This document shows positions 37,809 to 48,538 of a DNA stretch of 64,000 bases, in pieces. The notes below the pieces were generated by a model. It was not told the origin of the DNA and did no database searches. It saw only the letters and a program-made list of their open reading frames with translations. Source of the DNA: Treponema sp. (lineage in GTDB: Bacteria; Spirochaetota; Spirochaetia; Treponematales; Treponemataceae); NCBI GenBank assembly GCA_017934745.1, contig JAGBIY010000030.1, forward strand, positions 2,244-66,243, written 5' to 3'. The translations under genes were made by a program, and so were the position numbers. Numbering within the stretch: position 1 is the stretch's first letter; each line of letters opens with the position of its first letter.

Positions 37809-38876
37809 CTAAGGTTCCTCGTTCTTTATCATCTCTATCAAATCCCCGAATTCCGCCTCGTACTGCTTGTAAACGCCCTTCGCCTTTTCGCGGAAGCCGG
37901 AAAGCTCCTCGTCAGTCAACTCCACGACGTTTGCGGCCTTAGATATTATTTCCGCCGACTTTTCCTCTTTTTCCGCCCATCTCTTTATCTGGAAAAGTTC
38001 CGTCTCCATCGCGCATTCCTTTATCAGCTCCACGTCGCTTTCGGGGAGTTTCTCGAAAAGCGAGGAGGACGCCACGAGTATGTCGGGAACGCGCGCGTGG
38101 TTCGTCTTTATGTAGTACGGAGCCGCAAGATAGTCCCCCATCGTCTGGTACGTCGGAATGTTGTTCTCCGCGCCGTCGACGATGCCGTTCAGAATCTTGT
38201 CGTAGACCTCGTGGGTCGCGATTCCTATTATTCCAGTCGCATTGCACGAAAGCAGGTAGTCGTTCATTGTCGGAGAGACCTGGATTCTGATTTTCATTCC
38301 CTCAAGCTCCTCGACGCTGTGGATTTCCTTCTTCATGTAGAGAGATCTGGAACCTGAGTCGTAGAAGCAAAGCCCGACGATTCCGACATTTTCCTTTTCG
38401 ATTGAGTCGAGGAAGATTTGCCCGATCGGGCCTGTGATGACGTTCAGGAAGTGAGCGTCGTCGCGGTAGAGGAACGGAAGATTCACGACGTTCAGAACGG
38501 GCACGAATTTGCAAATCGGAGCGGACGAAATGCGGGCGAAATCGAGTTCACCGGCCTGCAAAGCCGCGAGCGCGTCCGGTTCGTCCGAGAAGAGCCTTCC
38601 GTCCGTGTAGACTTCAACTTTTATGCGCCCTCCGCTCCTCTCGTACACAAGCCTGGAGAATTCCTTGTCGGCGAGCGATGTCGGATATTCGTCGGAATGC
38701 ACTTCCGAGAGTCTGAGGACGATGCCCTCCCCCGCTTTTTTCCCGCTTTTGTGAAACACGAGGAACGCAAGCACGGACGTAAAAAGCACGATGAAAATCG
38801 CGGCAACGCACAAAAGACACTTTCGCTTATTCGTTTTTTCCAACTTTTTTTCATTTTCTGATTTTTCGATATCCAT
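37809..38876 (-). CDS. TRAP transporter substrate-binding protein DctP (orphan)
   Basis: ERSGGRIKVEVY, LPFLYRD, YDSGSRS, GMKIRIQ, VDGAENN; N-terminal TM anchor. Confidence 0.88.
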   Translation of the reverse strand: MDIEKSENEKKLEKTNKRKCLLCVAAIFIVLFTSVLAFLVFHKSGKKAGEGIVLRLSEVHSDEYPTSLADKEFSRLVYERSGGRIKVEVYTDGRLFSDEPDALAALQAGELDFARISSAPICKFVPVLNVVNLPFLYRDDAHFLNVITGPIGQIFLDSIEKENVGIVGLCFYDSGSRSLYMKKEIHSVEELEGMKIRIQVSPTMNDYLLSCNATGIIGIATHEVYDKILNGIVDGAENNIPTYQTMGDYLAAPYYIKTNHARVPDILVASSSLFEKLPESDVELIKECAMETELFQIKRWAEKEEKSAEIISKAANVVELTDEELSGFREKAKGVYKQYEAEFGDLIEMIKNEEP

Positions 38877-38928
38877 GACAAGAATTCTACTACCAAAAAA
38901 GCAAAATATCACTTAGTATTTTTTCCCT

Positions 38929-40467
38929 ATGAAACGTCTTTTTTCTTCAATATTATTGCTCGCTTTCATCGCGAATCTTGCTTTCTCGCAGGCCGCATCG
39001 GAAAACGCCGCCGAGACAGAGAGCGGCGACATCACATTCGATTTGTCGGCTGCGGAAGGTGAGTCGAACGGATGGCTCCACGAGAACGACGGAAAAAAAC
39101 ACTACCTGACGGCGTTGGGTCTCGTCGCCTTCTACAACGTCTTTTTGTGCTCGTGGAACAGGTACGTCGGAGGACGCGACTGGGCGAAGGTCGGTCCAAG
39201 CGAGTGGAACAGATTCTGGGAACGCTCGATGGAATGGGACAAGGACTGGTACTGGACGAATTTCGTCCTCCATCCGTACCAGGGAGCCTTCTACTACATG
39301 GGCGCAAGAGGCTCCAATTTGAACAAGATGGAGTCGTTCCTGCTCACAGTGCTCGGCTCTGCGTCGTGGGAATACCTTTGCGAGACAAACGCTCCGTCAA
39401 AGAACGACATGGTGTACACGACTGTCGGAGCGTTCTCGGTCGGAGAGATGCTGTACCGGCTCTCTCTGGAATCCGACGAGATATCAAAGCTTCTGGCATT
39501 CGCGGTGAACCCGGCACGGCTTTGGACGCAGCTCTTCACACGGCAGAAACCGCTCGGAACGACAGGGCACATAAACGAGCTGTCCTTGCGACTTCCGCTT
39601 GGAACGGCGGCCGCGCACGTGAACCTCGTCGACTACGACGGCGACTACGACGAAACCGAAATCTACCCGATATTCTTCTCTCCAGAATTGTACGTCGTCT
39701 ACAACGACCCGTACGGACACGACTCGAACGACCCGTACAGCCAGTTCTCGCTGCTGTTCAAGGCGGGAATCGGAAAAGGCTCAGGAAACGGCGCGGACTG
39801 CAACTTCGCGGAACTCGACAAGAAAATCTACTACAACATCAGAATCATCTCGGACGGAATGATGTTCGCGCGCGCTCCCTCGTTCGGAGACGACAGGGAC
39901 ACGACAATTGGAATGGTCATGGAGTACGATTTCGACTGGCACTCGTACTACCTCATCTCTTCCCTCGCCCCCGGATTCGCGATAAAGCAGAGGATTACGA
40001 ACGAAGACGACTCCACGTTCGAATGGCAGGCGCACCTTGCGGGAATCCTTCTCGGAACTTCCGACTTCTACTATTACAGAAGGGACTTCGACTCCACATA
40101 CACGGACGAGACGAACGGAAAAAGCGGGCTCACGGCTCCGTACAACTACACAATCGGTTTCGAGACGAAGCTCATGGCGAAGTACAAGCAGGCCAACGGC
40201 TCGAACATCGGCGTGAATTTCAGGGGATACGCGATGTACGACTTCTACGACCAGCTCCAGTACCTCGGAAACGGAGAGCGCGGAACCCAGCTCGGCTGGG
40301 ATTTGATTGGAGTGACGAACGTGCAGGCCGAACTCGCCCTGAACAAAAAAGTCAGAATCGGAATCGAAGACGAACTCTACACGAAATACGGAATCTACGA
40401 GAACATAAAGAACGTCTTCCAGGTGATGAATTCGACATCCGTGTACGCGAAGATACAGGCGAAATGA
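38929..40467 (+). CDS. DUF3943-like exported / outer-membrane protein
   Basis: Signal peptide; NFVLHPYQGAFYY, GSASWEY, NDMVYTTVGAFSVGE. Confidence 0.75.
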   Translation: MKRLFSSILLLAFIANLAFSQAASENAAETESGDITFDLSAAEGESNGWLHENDGKKHYLTALGLVAFYNVFLCSWNRYVGGRDWAKVGPSEWNRFWERSMEWDKDWYWTNFVLHPYQGAFYYMGARGSNLNKMESFLLTVLGSASWEYLCETNAPSKNDMVYTTVGAFSVGEMLYRLSLESDEISKLLAFAVNPARLWTQLFTRQKPLGTTGHINELSLRLPLGTAAAHVNLVDYDGDYDETEIYPIFFSPELYVVYNDPYGHDSNDPYSQFSLLFKAGIGKGSGNGADCNFAELDKKIYYNIRIISDGMMFARAPSFGDDRDTTIGMVMEYDFDWHSYYLISSLAPGFAIKQRITNEDDSTFEWQAHLAGILLGTSDFYYYRRDFDSTYTDETNGKSGLTAPYNYTIGFETKLMAKYKQANGSNIGVNFRGYAMYDFYDQLQYLGNGERGTQLGWDLIGVTNVQAELALNKKVRIGIEDELYTKYGIYENIKNVFQVMNSTSVYAKIQAK

Positions 40468-40512
40468 CCATGTAGTTTTTCGCAGTGCGTTTTTCATGCT
40501 ATAATCTTGCGC

Positions 40513-41826
40513 ATGAAATTTATCAGCACACGAAACGAAAAAAATTCTGCGAATTTCGAGAAGGCTGTCCTCGACTGTCTGCCGACAGACGGTGGACTTT
40601 ACGTTCCAGAGGACAGCGCGGATCTTCGCAGATGGATTTTATACACAAACGAGGACACCACGTTCTCATCGATTTCAGGAGCGTTGACCTCCGCATTCAT
40701 AAACGAAGAATTCAGCCCGATAATCTGCGAGTCAATAGCGACGAACGCGTTCACATTCGAGCCGAAACTCAACAAAATCGACGACAAGCTGTTCACGCTT
40801 GAACTTTTCCACACGCCGACAGGAAGCCACAAGGACTTCGGAATCTCCTACCTCATAAACGCGCTGGAGACAATCCTCACGCTCAGGGGGAAGAGCGCGG
40901 TGCTCCTCGACGCCACAATCGGAGAGCTTGGGGCGAGCGTCGCTAAGACAATCAGGGGGAAGAAACGGGTGAAGGCAGTCCTCCTCTACCCCACGAAGCC
41001 CGCGCGCATGATTCGGGGACTCGAGGAGGAGGATTTCGTGTGGAACGGCGGCAACGTACTTCCGATAGAGGTGGACGGAACAGAGGCCGACTGCCACAAA
41101 ATCGTCAGGGAAATATTCTCTGACAGGACTCTCGTCGAAAAATTCAACTTGACTATGGCGAACACTGCAAACATCGGCAGGCTCATACCGCAATCGTTCT
41201 TCTATCCGTTCGCGTTCTCCAGAATGAAGAAGCAGGTCTACGGAGACATCTTCTACGCGATGGCACCAGGAAACTATTCGAACCTCGTGGCGGGACTGTA
41301 CAGCTGGAAACTCTCGCTTCCTGTGAACGGCTTCATCTGCCCGACGACAGACGAACTGAAGACCGACCCGCAAGGAAACTGCGAGATAATGGACTCGCTC
41401 GTCGACGTCCACGACAGGAAACCGTGCGACCCCGCAAGCCCGTCGAATCTTGAGCGGCTTAAGGACGTGTTCAACGCGAATTCGCTCATGCTCAAGCACT
41501 TCATCTATCCGTCGGAAGTTTCAGAGAGGGAAACGACGGAAGCCTGCCAGGAGCTTTTCATGAAGTACAAGATTTTCGCGGACAGACCGACAAGCCAGGC
41601 ATACGCAGCCGCGAAGAAACGCTCGGACATGACGGAGGAGGACGAAGCGGCCGTGGTGCTCGTGATGAGGGACCACCCCGCCATTTCAGGAGAATTCATA
41701 CGGCACACGATTGGAGAGGCTCCAGAGACACCGAAGCGCATAGCCGACGTGATGAGGCCGACATCCCTGAACAGACCGATGGTGAAATCCGCCGCTGACG
41801 TCGCGGCACAGCTTTCATCGATTTAG
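40513..41826 (+). CDS. thrC: Threonine synthase
   Basis: [30 protein letters not shown] (PLP Lys), [21 protein letters not shown]; leaderless TGCTATAAT-N7-ATG. Confidence 0.85.
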   Translation: MKFISTRNEKNSANFEKAVLDCLPTDGGLYVPEDSADLRRWILYTNEDTTFSSISGALTSAFINEEFSPIICESIATNAFTFEPKLNKIDDKLFTLELFHTPTGSHKDFGISYLINALETILTLRGKSAVLLDATIGELGASVAKTIRGKKRVKAVLLYPTKPARMIRGLEEEDFVWNGGNVLPIEVDGTEADCHKIVREIFSDRTLVEKFNLTMANTANIGRLIPQSFFYPFAFSRMKKQVYGDIFYAMAPGNYSNLVAGLYSWKLSLPVNGFICPTTDELKTDPQGNCEIMDSLVDVHDRKPCDPASPSNLERLKDVFNANSLMLKHFIYPSEVSERETTEACQELFMKYKIFADRPTSQAYAAAKKRSDMTEEDEAAVVLVMRDHPAISGEFIRHTIGEAPETPKRIADVMRPTSLNRPMVKSAADVAAQLSSI

Positions 41827-41851
41827 GAAAAAGGAAAATACGGAGGAAAAG

Positions 41852-43741
41852 ATGACGATAAGAAAGAATTCAGTTTTCACAAAGATAGCCATTACACTTA
41901 TGGTCCTCGTCCTCGTTATAATCGCGCTGTTCGGCCCGTCAATCTATTTCAGGACAATGGAGCTGAACCAGCAGCAGTTCAAGAGGAGCATCGAGGAAAT
42001 ATCGAACGTGACGGACATCTCGCTTGAGACGCATTTCCAGAACGTAGGCTCCACAGTCGCGATGTTCGGGGAGATGGAGGCTGTAAAGAGGCCGGACAAC
42101 ACTCCAAGCACATACGTCGACAAGTCCGACCCAAGCGGGAAGGTTCCGGCCGACCCAAACAGCTTCGGCCCGTACGAGACGGAGATATACGAGCTTGAGC
42201 GGACATTCGTCGAATCGAACTACGACATTCTGGGCTTGGCGTTGTCTCTCGAAGAGACAGGCTCGTTCACGCGCTACCCTTCGGAGGCGAGGACGAACAA
42301 CTACGACTCACGCACCCGCTCGTGGTACAAGAACGCGAAGGCCGACAACGGCGCGCTCCACTATTCAGACGCATATCTGTCCTCGGCCGGCTACTCCTGC
42401 ATCGTCATATCGAAATTCATAAACGACAAATACGGGAACCCAAGGGGAGTCATCTCCGGGGACATCGACCTCGACTATCTCTCAAAGCTCGTGGGCAACG
42501 TGGACAACGACAGCGACTCAATAAGCTCCGGCATGATTCTCGTGGATTCAAGCGGAAAAGTCCTCGTGGACCACTACCACCCGGAGAACATCTTCAAGAA
42601 CGTGCAGGAAATCGGGATAAAGGGGCTTTCCGCATTCACGCAGGGAGAGGGGCTGGACTTTGTGGAGGAGCTGGACACGAACGAGCTAAAGGGGAAATTC
42701 CACATAGTCGTGCGCCCCTCAAACAACACTCTCGTCCCTGTCAGCTACATATTCTTGATATCCGACGCGCAATACTCGATGATGACGAAATCCGTCTCGA
42801 CGACGCTCAAATTCGTCATGGTCATAGCAATTTTCCTCGCGCTCTTCGTCTCCGTCACAATCGGGAAACTCGTGGTGAAGCCGCTCGCCGACGCTGCATC
42901 CCTCCTGAAAGACATATCGGAAGGAGACGGCGACTTGACGAAGCGGCTTCCGGTCAAGGGAAACGACGAGATAACGGATTTGTCGGCATACTTCAACATG
43001 ACGATGGACAAAATTCTCAAGACGATGAGGAACGTGAAGGAGACGGCGCATGAAGTTCAGACCGGCGCGGAGCAGATTGCAGAATCCAGCCAGGCGATTT
43101 CCGACGGAGCCTCCAAGCAGGCCGCATCCACGGAAGAGATGAGCGCGACAATCGAAGAGATGGCATCCAACATAAGGCAGACGGCGGAGAACGCCCGGAA
43201 GACGGGAAAAATCGCCGAAACGACAGAAACGCAGAGCAAGGACAGCGGAGACGCGGTGCACACGGCGGTGGAATCGGTGGAGGCGATATCGGAGAAGATA
43301 AACGTAATCGGGGACATCGCCAAGCAGACGAACATGCTCGCCCTGAACGCCGCCATAGAGGCCGCCCGTGCGGGGGAAGCCGGAAAAGGATTCGCAGTTG
43401 TCGCATCCGAAGTGCGAAAACTCGCGGAAAGAAGCCAGATTGCGGCGGGAGAGATAACTGAGCTTTCTGAAAAAACGCTCCAGTCTGCGGAAAACGCTGG
43501 AGAAAAGATGGAATCGGTCGTGCCGCACATAACGGAGACCGCGCAGCTCGTTGCTGAAATCTCGACCGCGTGCCGGGAACAGGACAACGGAGCGGCGCAG
43601 GTGAGCCAGGCGATAATCCAGCTGGACTCGGTGGTGCAGCAGAACGCGAGCGCGGCGGAAGAGTTGGCTGCGATGAGCGAAGAATTGACCGCAAACGCAA
43701 AGAACCTTGCCGCCGCAATCGACGCGTTCAAGACGGAATAG
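41852..43741 (+). CDS. Methyl-accepting chemotaxis protein (Cache + HAMP, probably 34H class)
   Basis: [12 protein letters not shown]ache motif, HAMP domain, [34 protein letters not shown]. Confidence 0.96.
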   Translation: MTIRKNSVFTKIAITLMVLVLVIIALFGPSIYFRTMELNQQQFKRSIEEISNVTDISLETHFQNVGSTVAMFGEMEAVKRPDNTPSTYVDKSDPSGKVPADPNSFGPYETEIYELERTFVESNYDILGLALSLEETGSFTRYPSEARTNNYDSRTRSWYKNAKADNGALHYSDAYLSSAGYSCIVISKFINDKYGNPRGVISGDIDLDYLSKLVGNVDNDSDSISSGMILVDSSGKVLVDHYHPENIFKNVQEIGIKGLSAFTQGEGLDFVEELDTNELKGKFHIVVRPSNNTLVPVSYIFLISDAQYSMMTKSVSTTLKFVMVIAIFLALFVSVTIGKLVVKPLADAASLLKDISEGDGDLTKRLPVKGNDEITDLSAYFNMTMDKILKTMRNVKETAHEVQTGAEQIAESSQAISDGASKQAASTEEMSATIEEMASNIRQTAENARKTGKIAETTETQSKDSGDAVHTAVESVEAISEKINVIGDIAKQTNMLALNAAIEAARAGEAGKGFAVVASEVRKLAERSQIAAGEITELSEKTLQSAENAGEKMESVVPHITETAQLVAEISTACREQDNGAAQVSQAIIQLDSVVQQNASAAEELAAMSEELTANAKNLAAAIDAFKTE

Positions 43742-43764
43742 CTCCGCCAGAAGAATCGAGCCGC

Positions 43765-44808
43765 CTAGTCGAGGACAGTCTGCTCGATTTTCATCAATTG
43801 GTTGTGGTACAGAGTGGAAATGCTCGCGCCGTAGTCCGCTATGAGGCGGATTATGTTGCGCGGGCTTTCTTTTTTGTCGCAGCCGTTCAGCCTGTCGCCC
43901 GCGTCCCCAAGACCCGGCATGATGTACGCCTTGCTGTTGAGGACAGGGTCGAGCCAGAGGGTGTAGCAGGTGCAGTTCGGCAGCGCGCGTATGACGCGGA
44001 GACTTCCCTTGAGGGCGGAAATCACGTTGAAGAACTTTATGCTCTTGGGCTTTATCCCCTGCGCCTGAAGGTATTTCACGACAGTGACGAGGGAGCCGCC
44101 CGTCGCGTTCATCGGGTCGGCGAAAATCCAATCCTTGCCGTCGAGTTCATGCAAGTCGAAGAAGGACTTCTTCAAGTTGAGGATATATTCCATGTCGTCT
44201 TCGTGCTTCGTGTCGTCGCGGTTAATCTTGAACAGCGCGAACGGAGTGACGTACTTCTCGCTGGAATACTCCTCGATTTCCTTGGACATGATGATGCTCG
44301 GAAGAAGCGCGCCCCTGAGCATGACGCACATGACGGAATTTCCGATTTTCTCGTCTATGTCCGGGATTTTGTGAACAGCGTAGTTCTGGCACGGATTGTT
44401 CACGGGTGTCTTCACGACGATGTGCCCCTTCTTGGACTCGGCAGGCTGCGTGTACGCGAGTTTGAAGAGCATCTCGTAGGCTCTCTGGGAATAGTAGACG
44501 AATTCCTCGTGGCAAGTGTCCAAGTCGCGGAGCTTGGAAATCAAGCGGCTGGCCTCGGCCTGGTCGGCAGAATCCGCCACGAAAGGATAGACCTTGAGGT
44601 TCGGGTTCTCCGCGACAATGCGCTGTAGCTCCTTTCCCATCCTGTCGAAGTTCTCTATCACCTTCCCCTCTTCAAGCGGCTCGAAGTGCTTCATCGTGTC
44701 GTCGTACATTCTCTTGAGCAAATCGATGTCGCTCAAATCCTTCTCCGTCAGATAGCCGTCCAAATCCTCGGCCTTCAATATGATTTTGTCCTCAGTCCTG
44801 AATTTCAT
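43765..44808 (-). CDS. upp: Uracil phosphoribosyltransferase (long spirochete-type form)
   Basis: VMLRGALLPS, FADPMNATGGS, YIMPGLGDAGDRLNG; next to the nucleoside ABC transporter. Confidence 0.88.
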   Translation of the reverse strand: MKFRTEDKIILKAEDLDGYLTEKDLSDIDLLKRMYDDTMKHFEPLEEGKVIENFDRMGKELQRIVAENPNLKVYPFVADSADQAEASRLISKLRDLDTCHEEFVYYSQRAYEMLFKLAYTQPAESKKGHIVVKTPVNNPCQNYAVHKIPDIDEKIGNSVMCVMLRGALLPSIIMSKEIEEYSSEKYVTPFALFKINRDDTKHEDDMEYILNLKKSFFDLHELDGKDWIFADPMNATGGSLVTVVKYLQAQGIKPKSIKFFNVISALKGSLRVIRALPNCTCYTLWLDPVLNSKAYIMPGLGDAGDRLNGCDKKESPRNIIRLIADYGASISTLYHNQLMKIEQTVLD

Positions 44809-44849
44809 TTTTCACCTCCATGCAATTTTCAATTTTCATTTTTCAATTT

Positions 44850-45788
44850 TCACCTTGCGCTCTTGTCGTATGGGATTCCCTCCGCTTTCGGCGCGCGCGA
44901 CTTCTTGGACGTGAACGCCAGGACGACGAGGGAAATCACATACGGAAGCATCTTGTACGCCTCTCCGGGGACGAGTTCCACGAGGAAATCGAAGCTGGAA
45001 TACGTGTCCGCCACCGCCCTGAAGACACCGAAGAGCAAAGCCGCCAGCGCGATTCTCACAGGATGCCATTGGCCGAAAATCATGACCGCCAGAGCGAGGA
45101 ATCCCGCGCCCGCGACTCCGTAGACGAAATCCCACTGGGAATTCACCGCGCTTATGTAGACGATTCCTCCGATTCCGCCCAAAAAACCCGAAATCAGCAC
45201 GCCTGCATAGCGCATTTTGTACACGTTTATTCCGACGCTGTCCGCCGCCTGGGGATGCTCGCCGCACGAGACGAGCCTGAGTCCGAAGCGGGTTTTGTAG
45301 AGGACGACGAACGACAGAACGAGCACCACGATGGTCAATACAGTGTAGACGCTAAGTTCGAGTGAGCCGATTTTGAATGCGAAAGCCTTCCTGTTCTCGA
45401 TGTATTCGAGTATCGCGCTCGGATTCGTGCCGCCGGAGACAGCGTTGTTGAACGACTTGACGACTACGGTGGCGAGGGCGGTCGCGAGCATGTTCATGGC
45501 CGTTCCCACAAGAGTCTGGTCGGCCTTGAAGTTTATGGCGGCAACGGCAAGCAGGAGCGAGAACAGCATTCCAGAGAGCGCGCCAACGGCAATCACCAAC
45601 GACACAACGCAGGCTCCGTTTGTTCCGGGGGGAAGCGCGTACAAGACGAACGCTCCGCCGAGCGCGCCGAAGACCATCGTGCCCTCAAGCCCCAGGTTTA
45701 TGACGCCGCTCCTCTCGGAAAACATTCCGCCCAAAGCCACGAAAATCAAGACGGACGCGTAAATCAAAGTGTACTGGACAAGAATCAT
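44850..45788 (-). CDS. Nucleoside ABC transporter permease II
   Basis: GGMFSERSGVINLGLEG, RFGLRL.SCGEHPQAADSVGINV, LPY. Confidence 0.92.
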   Translation of the reverse strand: MILVQYTLIYASVLIFVALGGMFSERSGVINLGLEGTMVFGALGGAFVLYALPPGTNGACVVSLVIAVGALSGMLFSLLLAVAAINFKADQTLVGTAMNMLATALATVVVKSFNNAVSGGTNPSAILEYIENRKAFAFKIGSLELSVYTVLTIVVLVLSFVVLYKTRFGLRLVSCGEHPQAADSVGINVYKMRYAGVLISGFLGGIGGIVYISAVNSQWDFVYGVAGAGFLALAVMIFGQWHPVRIALAALLFGVFRAVADTYSSFDFLVELVPGEAYKMLPYVISLVVLAFTSKKSRAPKAEGIPYDKSAR

Positions 45789-46885
45789 TTTGAAGCCCCC
45801 GTTTTTGAAGAGATTTTTGATATGAGATACTTGAAGAACAGAACGAAAGCGCACATGTAGATGATTATCGAAGAAATCAAGTCCGCAATCTGTGGATTGT
45901 AGTACCTCATGTCTATGTAGCTGCCGCCAAGCGTTATGTGCTCTATGAAAAGTCCCGCGAAAATCGCGCCGATTGGATGGAGCCCGCCGAGGAACGCGAC
46001 CGCTATTCCAGAGAATCCCATTCCGGGGACGGACGCGGCTGTCTTCCACGACTGGATGTCAGTCAGGTAGAAAAGGGACGAAGCAAGCCCCCCAAGCGCG
46101 CCCGCAATCGCCATCGTCAGGACGATGTTGAGTTTGTCCCTCATTCCGGCGTATTTGGCGGCGTTCTTGTTCAATCCTGTCGCGCGAAGCTCGTAGCCGA
46201 ACGTAGTCTTGTTCAGCGCGACCCAAACCAGAACGGCCACGACAACGGTGAGAGGAATCGCTATGGAGACGTACTGGTTGCCGGCGAAGAGGGAATCCAG
46301 AGCCAAAGTCGGAAGAATCGAACCCGGCGATTTTGAAGCGATGTGGAAAGTCTCGGACTTGCTCAAATCCATGAATCTCTCGTTCTGCATCAGGACGTTC
46401 ACGAGATACAGCGCAATCCAGTTCATCATTATGCAGGCGATGACCTCGTTCACATTGAAGAACGCCTTGAACGCGCCTGAGACGGCCCCCCAGACGGAGG
46501 CCGCGAGAGTCGCCGCGATGACGCAGACGAACCACGGAAGATGCCACTGCAGCGCGCACAGGAGCGAAACCCCTATTCCGATGCAGTACTGTCCGCCCAC
46601 ACCGATGTTGAAAAGCCCGGACTTGTACGCGAACAAAACCGAGAGCGCGCACAAAATCAGAGGCACCGACTTCACGAGAGTCATTCCAAGATAGTAGACT
46701 TGCATCTTCGGCTTCTTGTAGTACATGAAATTCTTCAGAATCGTGGACATGGCTTTTGGAGCGTTCTCCGCGTTTATCACGCACAGAACCACGAAGCCGA
46801 GCAGGATTCCGACAAATGCGCACAAGACAGCCGCCGCTATCGACTTGAACGACTCGGACTCAAGTATTTTTCTCATTTTTTCCAT
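45785..46885 (-). CDS. Nucleoside ABC transporter permease I
   Basis: GLFNIGVGGQ, VNEVI, FGYELRATGLNKNAAKYAG, GIAVAFLG. Confidence 0.92.
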   Translation of the reverse strand: MEKMRKILESESFKSIAAAVLCAFVGILLGFVVLCVINAENAPKAMSTILKNFMYYKKPKMQVYYLGMTLVKSVPLILCALSVLFAYKSGLFNIGVGGQYCIGIGVSLLCALQWHLPWFVCVIAATLAASVWGAVSGAFKAFFNVNEVIACIMMNWIALYLVNVLMQNERFMDLSKSETFHIASKSPGSILPTLALDSLFAGNQYVSIAIPLTVVVAVLVWVALNKTTFGYELRATGLNKNAAKYAGMRDKLNIVLTMAIAGALGGLASSLFYLTDIQSWKTAASVPGMGFSGIAVAFLGGLHPIGAIFAGLFIEHITLGGSYIDMRYYNPQIADLISSIIIYMCAFVLFFKYLISKISSKTGASK

Positions 46886-48423
46886 TTTCCGTCCCTCTTT
46901 CCACCTGACATGTACAACCCCAGTTCCTCAGTGGTCGTCTTCTTAGGGTCAAGCTCTCCGACAATCTCGCCCTCGTACATCACAAGAATCCTGTCGCTCA
47001 GGCTCATCACCTCGTCCAGCTCGTAGGAGACCAGAAGCACGCCCGCGCCCGAATCTCGGTCGGCGACAATCTGCTTGTGGATGTATTCGATTGCTCCGAC
47101 ATCAAGGCCGCGGGTCGGTTGCACGGCTATCAGGAGCTTGTGATTCTTGTCCAACTCCCGCGCTATTATCGCCTTCTGCTGGTTTCCGCCGGACATGGAG
47201 CGGACGATTGTCTTGTTGCCCTGCCCGCTCCTCACGTCGAACTGCTCACGAAGCCTGTCGGAATACGCCGACACGGCATCGTTCCTCACGAACCCGAACC
47301 TCTCGAAGTCGCCCTGCCAATACCGCTGGAGTACCATGTTCTGTTCGAGGGTAAAATCAAGGACGAGGCCGTGCTTGTGCCTGTCCTCCGGGATGTGGCT
47401 CATTCCCGCCACGCTCTTCTCCCTTATGGACTTCCTCGTGATGTCCACACCGTCGAGCAGAATCTCCGTCTTTCTCGCGGCAGGCTCGAAAAGCCCCTCG
47501 ATTCCGGTCAAGCCCTGTATGAATTCCGACTGTCCGTTGCCGTCGATTCCTGCGATGCAGACAATCTCACCCGACCGGACTTGCAGGCTCACGTCCTTCA
47601 CTGCGAGATTCTTGTGGATTTTAGAGGCCACGCACATGTTCTTCACCGAGAGAACCGGGCTTCCGGGAACGCAGTCCTTCTTCTCCACTCTGAACTGGAC
47701 GGAATGCCCGACCATCATGCGGCTGAGTTCCTCCTTGGACGTGTCCTTTATGTCCACCGTCCCGATGTACTTTCCCTTACGCAGGACAGAGCACCTGTCC
47801 GAGACTGCCATTATCTCGTTGAGCTTGTGCGTTATGAAGAGAATCGACTTGCCCTCGGCAGCCAGATTCCTCATTATGCGCATCAGCTCCTCGATTTCCT
47901 GGGGAGTCAGAACAGCGGTCGGCTCGTCGAAAATCAGGATTTCGTTGTCGCGGTAGAGCATCTTGAGGATTTCCACGCGCTGCTGCATCCCCACCGTTAT
48001 GTCCTCGATTTTCGCGTCCACGTCCACGGAAAGCCCGTACTTTTCGCTCAGCGCGACGATTTTCTCGCGCGCCTTCCTCCTGTCGAGGAAAAGCCCCTTC
48101 GTAGGCTCGGTGCCCAGGATTATGTTGTCCAAGACGGAAAGGACTTCCACGAGCTTGAAATGCTGGTGCACCATTCCGATTCCGAGCGATGTAGCGTCGT
48201 TGGGATTGTCGATTCTGACGGATTTCCCGTCCTTCCTTATCTCGCCCTCCTCCGCCTTGTAAAGCCCGAAAAGCACGCTCATCAAAGTGGATTTTCCGGC
48301 TCCGTTCTCGCCCAAAAGAGCGTGGATTTCGCCCTTCTTGAGCTGGAGAGTTATGTCGTCGTTGGCGACGATTCCCGGAAAGCGTTTCGTTATGTGGAGC
48401 ATCTCGATTATGTATTCGGACAT
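46873..48423 (-). CDS. Nucleoside/sugar ABC transporter ATPase (tandem domains)
   Basis: GENGAGKS, LIFDEPT, MSGGNQQK, QPTRGLD. Confidence 0.95.
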   Translation of the reverse strand: MSEYIIEMLHITKRFPGIVANDDITLQLKKGEIHALLGENGAGKSTLMSVLFGLYKAEEGEIRKDGKSVRIDNPNDATSLGIGMVHQHFKLVEVLSVLDNIILGTEPTKGLFLDRRKAREKIVALSEKYGLSVDVDAKIEDITVGMQQRVEILKMLYRDNEILIFDEPTAVLTPQEIEELMRIMRNLAAEGKSILFITHKLNEIMAVSDRCSVLRKGKYIGTVDIKDTSKEELSRMMVGHSVQFRVEKKDCVPGSPVLSVKNMCVASKIHKNLAVKDVSLQVRSGEIVCIAGIDGNGQSEFIQGLTGIEGLFEPAARKTEILLDGVDITRKSIREKSVAGMSHIPEDRHKHGLVLDFTLEQNMVLQRYWQGDFERFGFVRNDAVSAYSDRLREQFDVRSGQGNKTIVRSMSGGNQQKAIIARELDKNHKLLIAVQPTRGLDVGAIEYIHKQIVADRDSGAGVLLVSYELDEVMSLSDRILVMYEGEIVGELDPKKTTTEELGLYMSGGKRDGKWKK

Positions 48424-48483
48424 TTTTCCTCCTAGAATAGACCTGCTCGGAAACTGATTTTTACGAACAAGTCCAATGACAAG

Positions 48484-48520
48484 TAAAAAAAGGAGCCGTT
48501 TTCAGTCGAAAACAGCTCCG
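48484..48520 (-). terminator. Hairpin/terminator between binding-protein gene and ATPase gene
   Basis: Minus strand GGAGCTGTTTTC-GACT-GAAAACGGCTCC plus T7. Confidence 0.65.
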
Positions 48521-48538
48521 TGCATTTTCATGCGCCCG

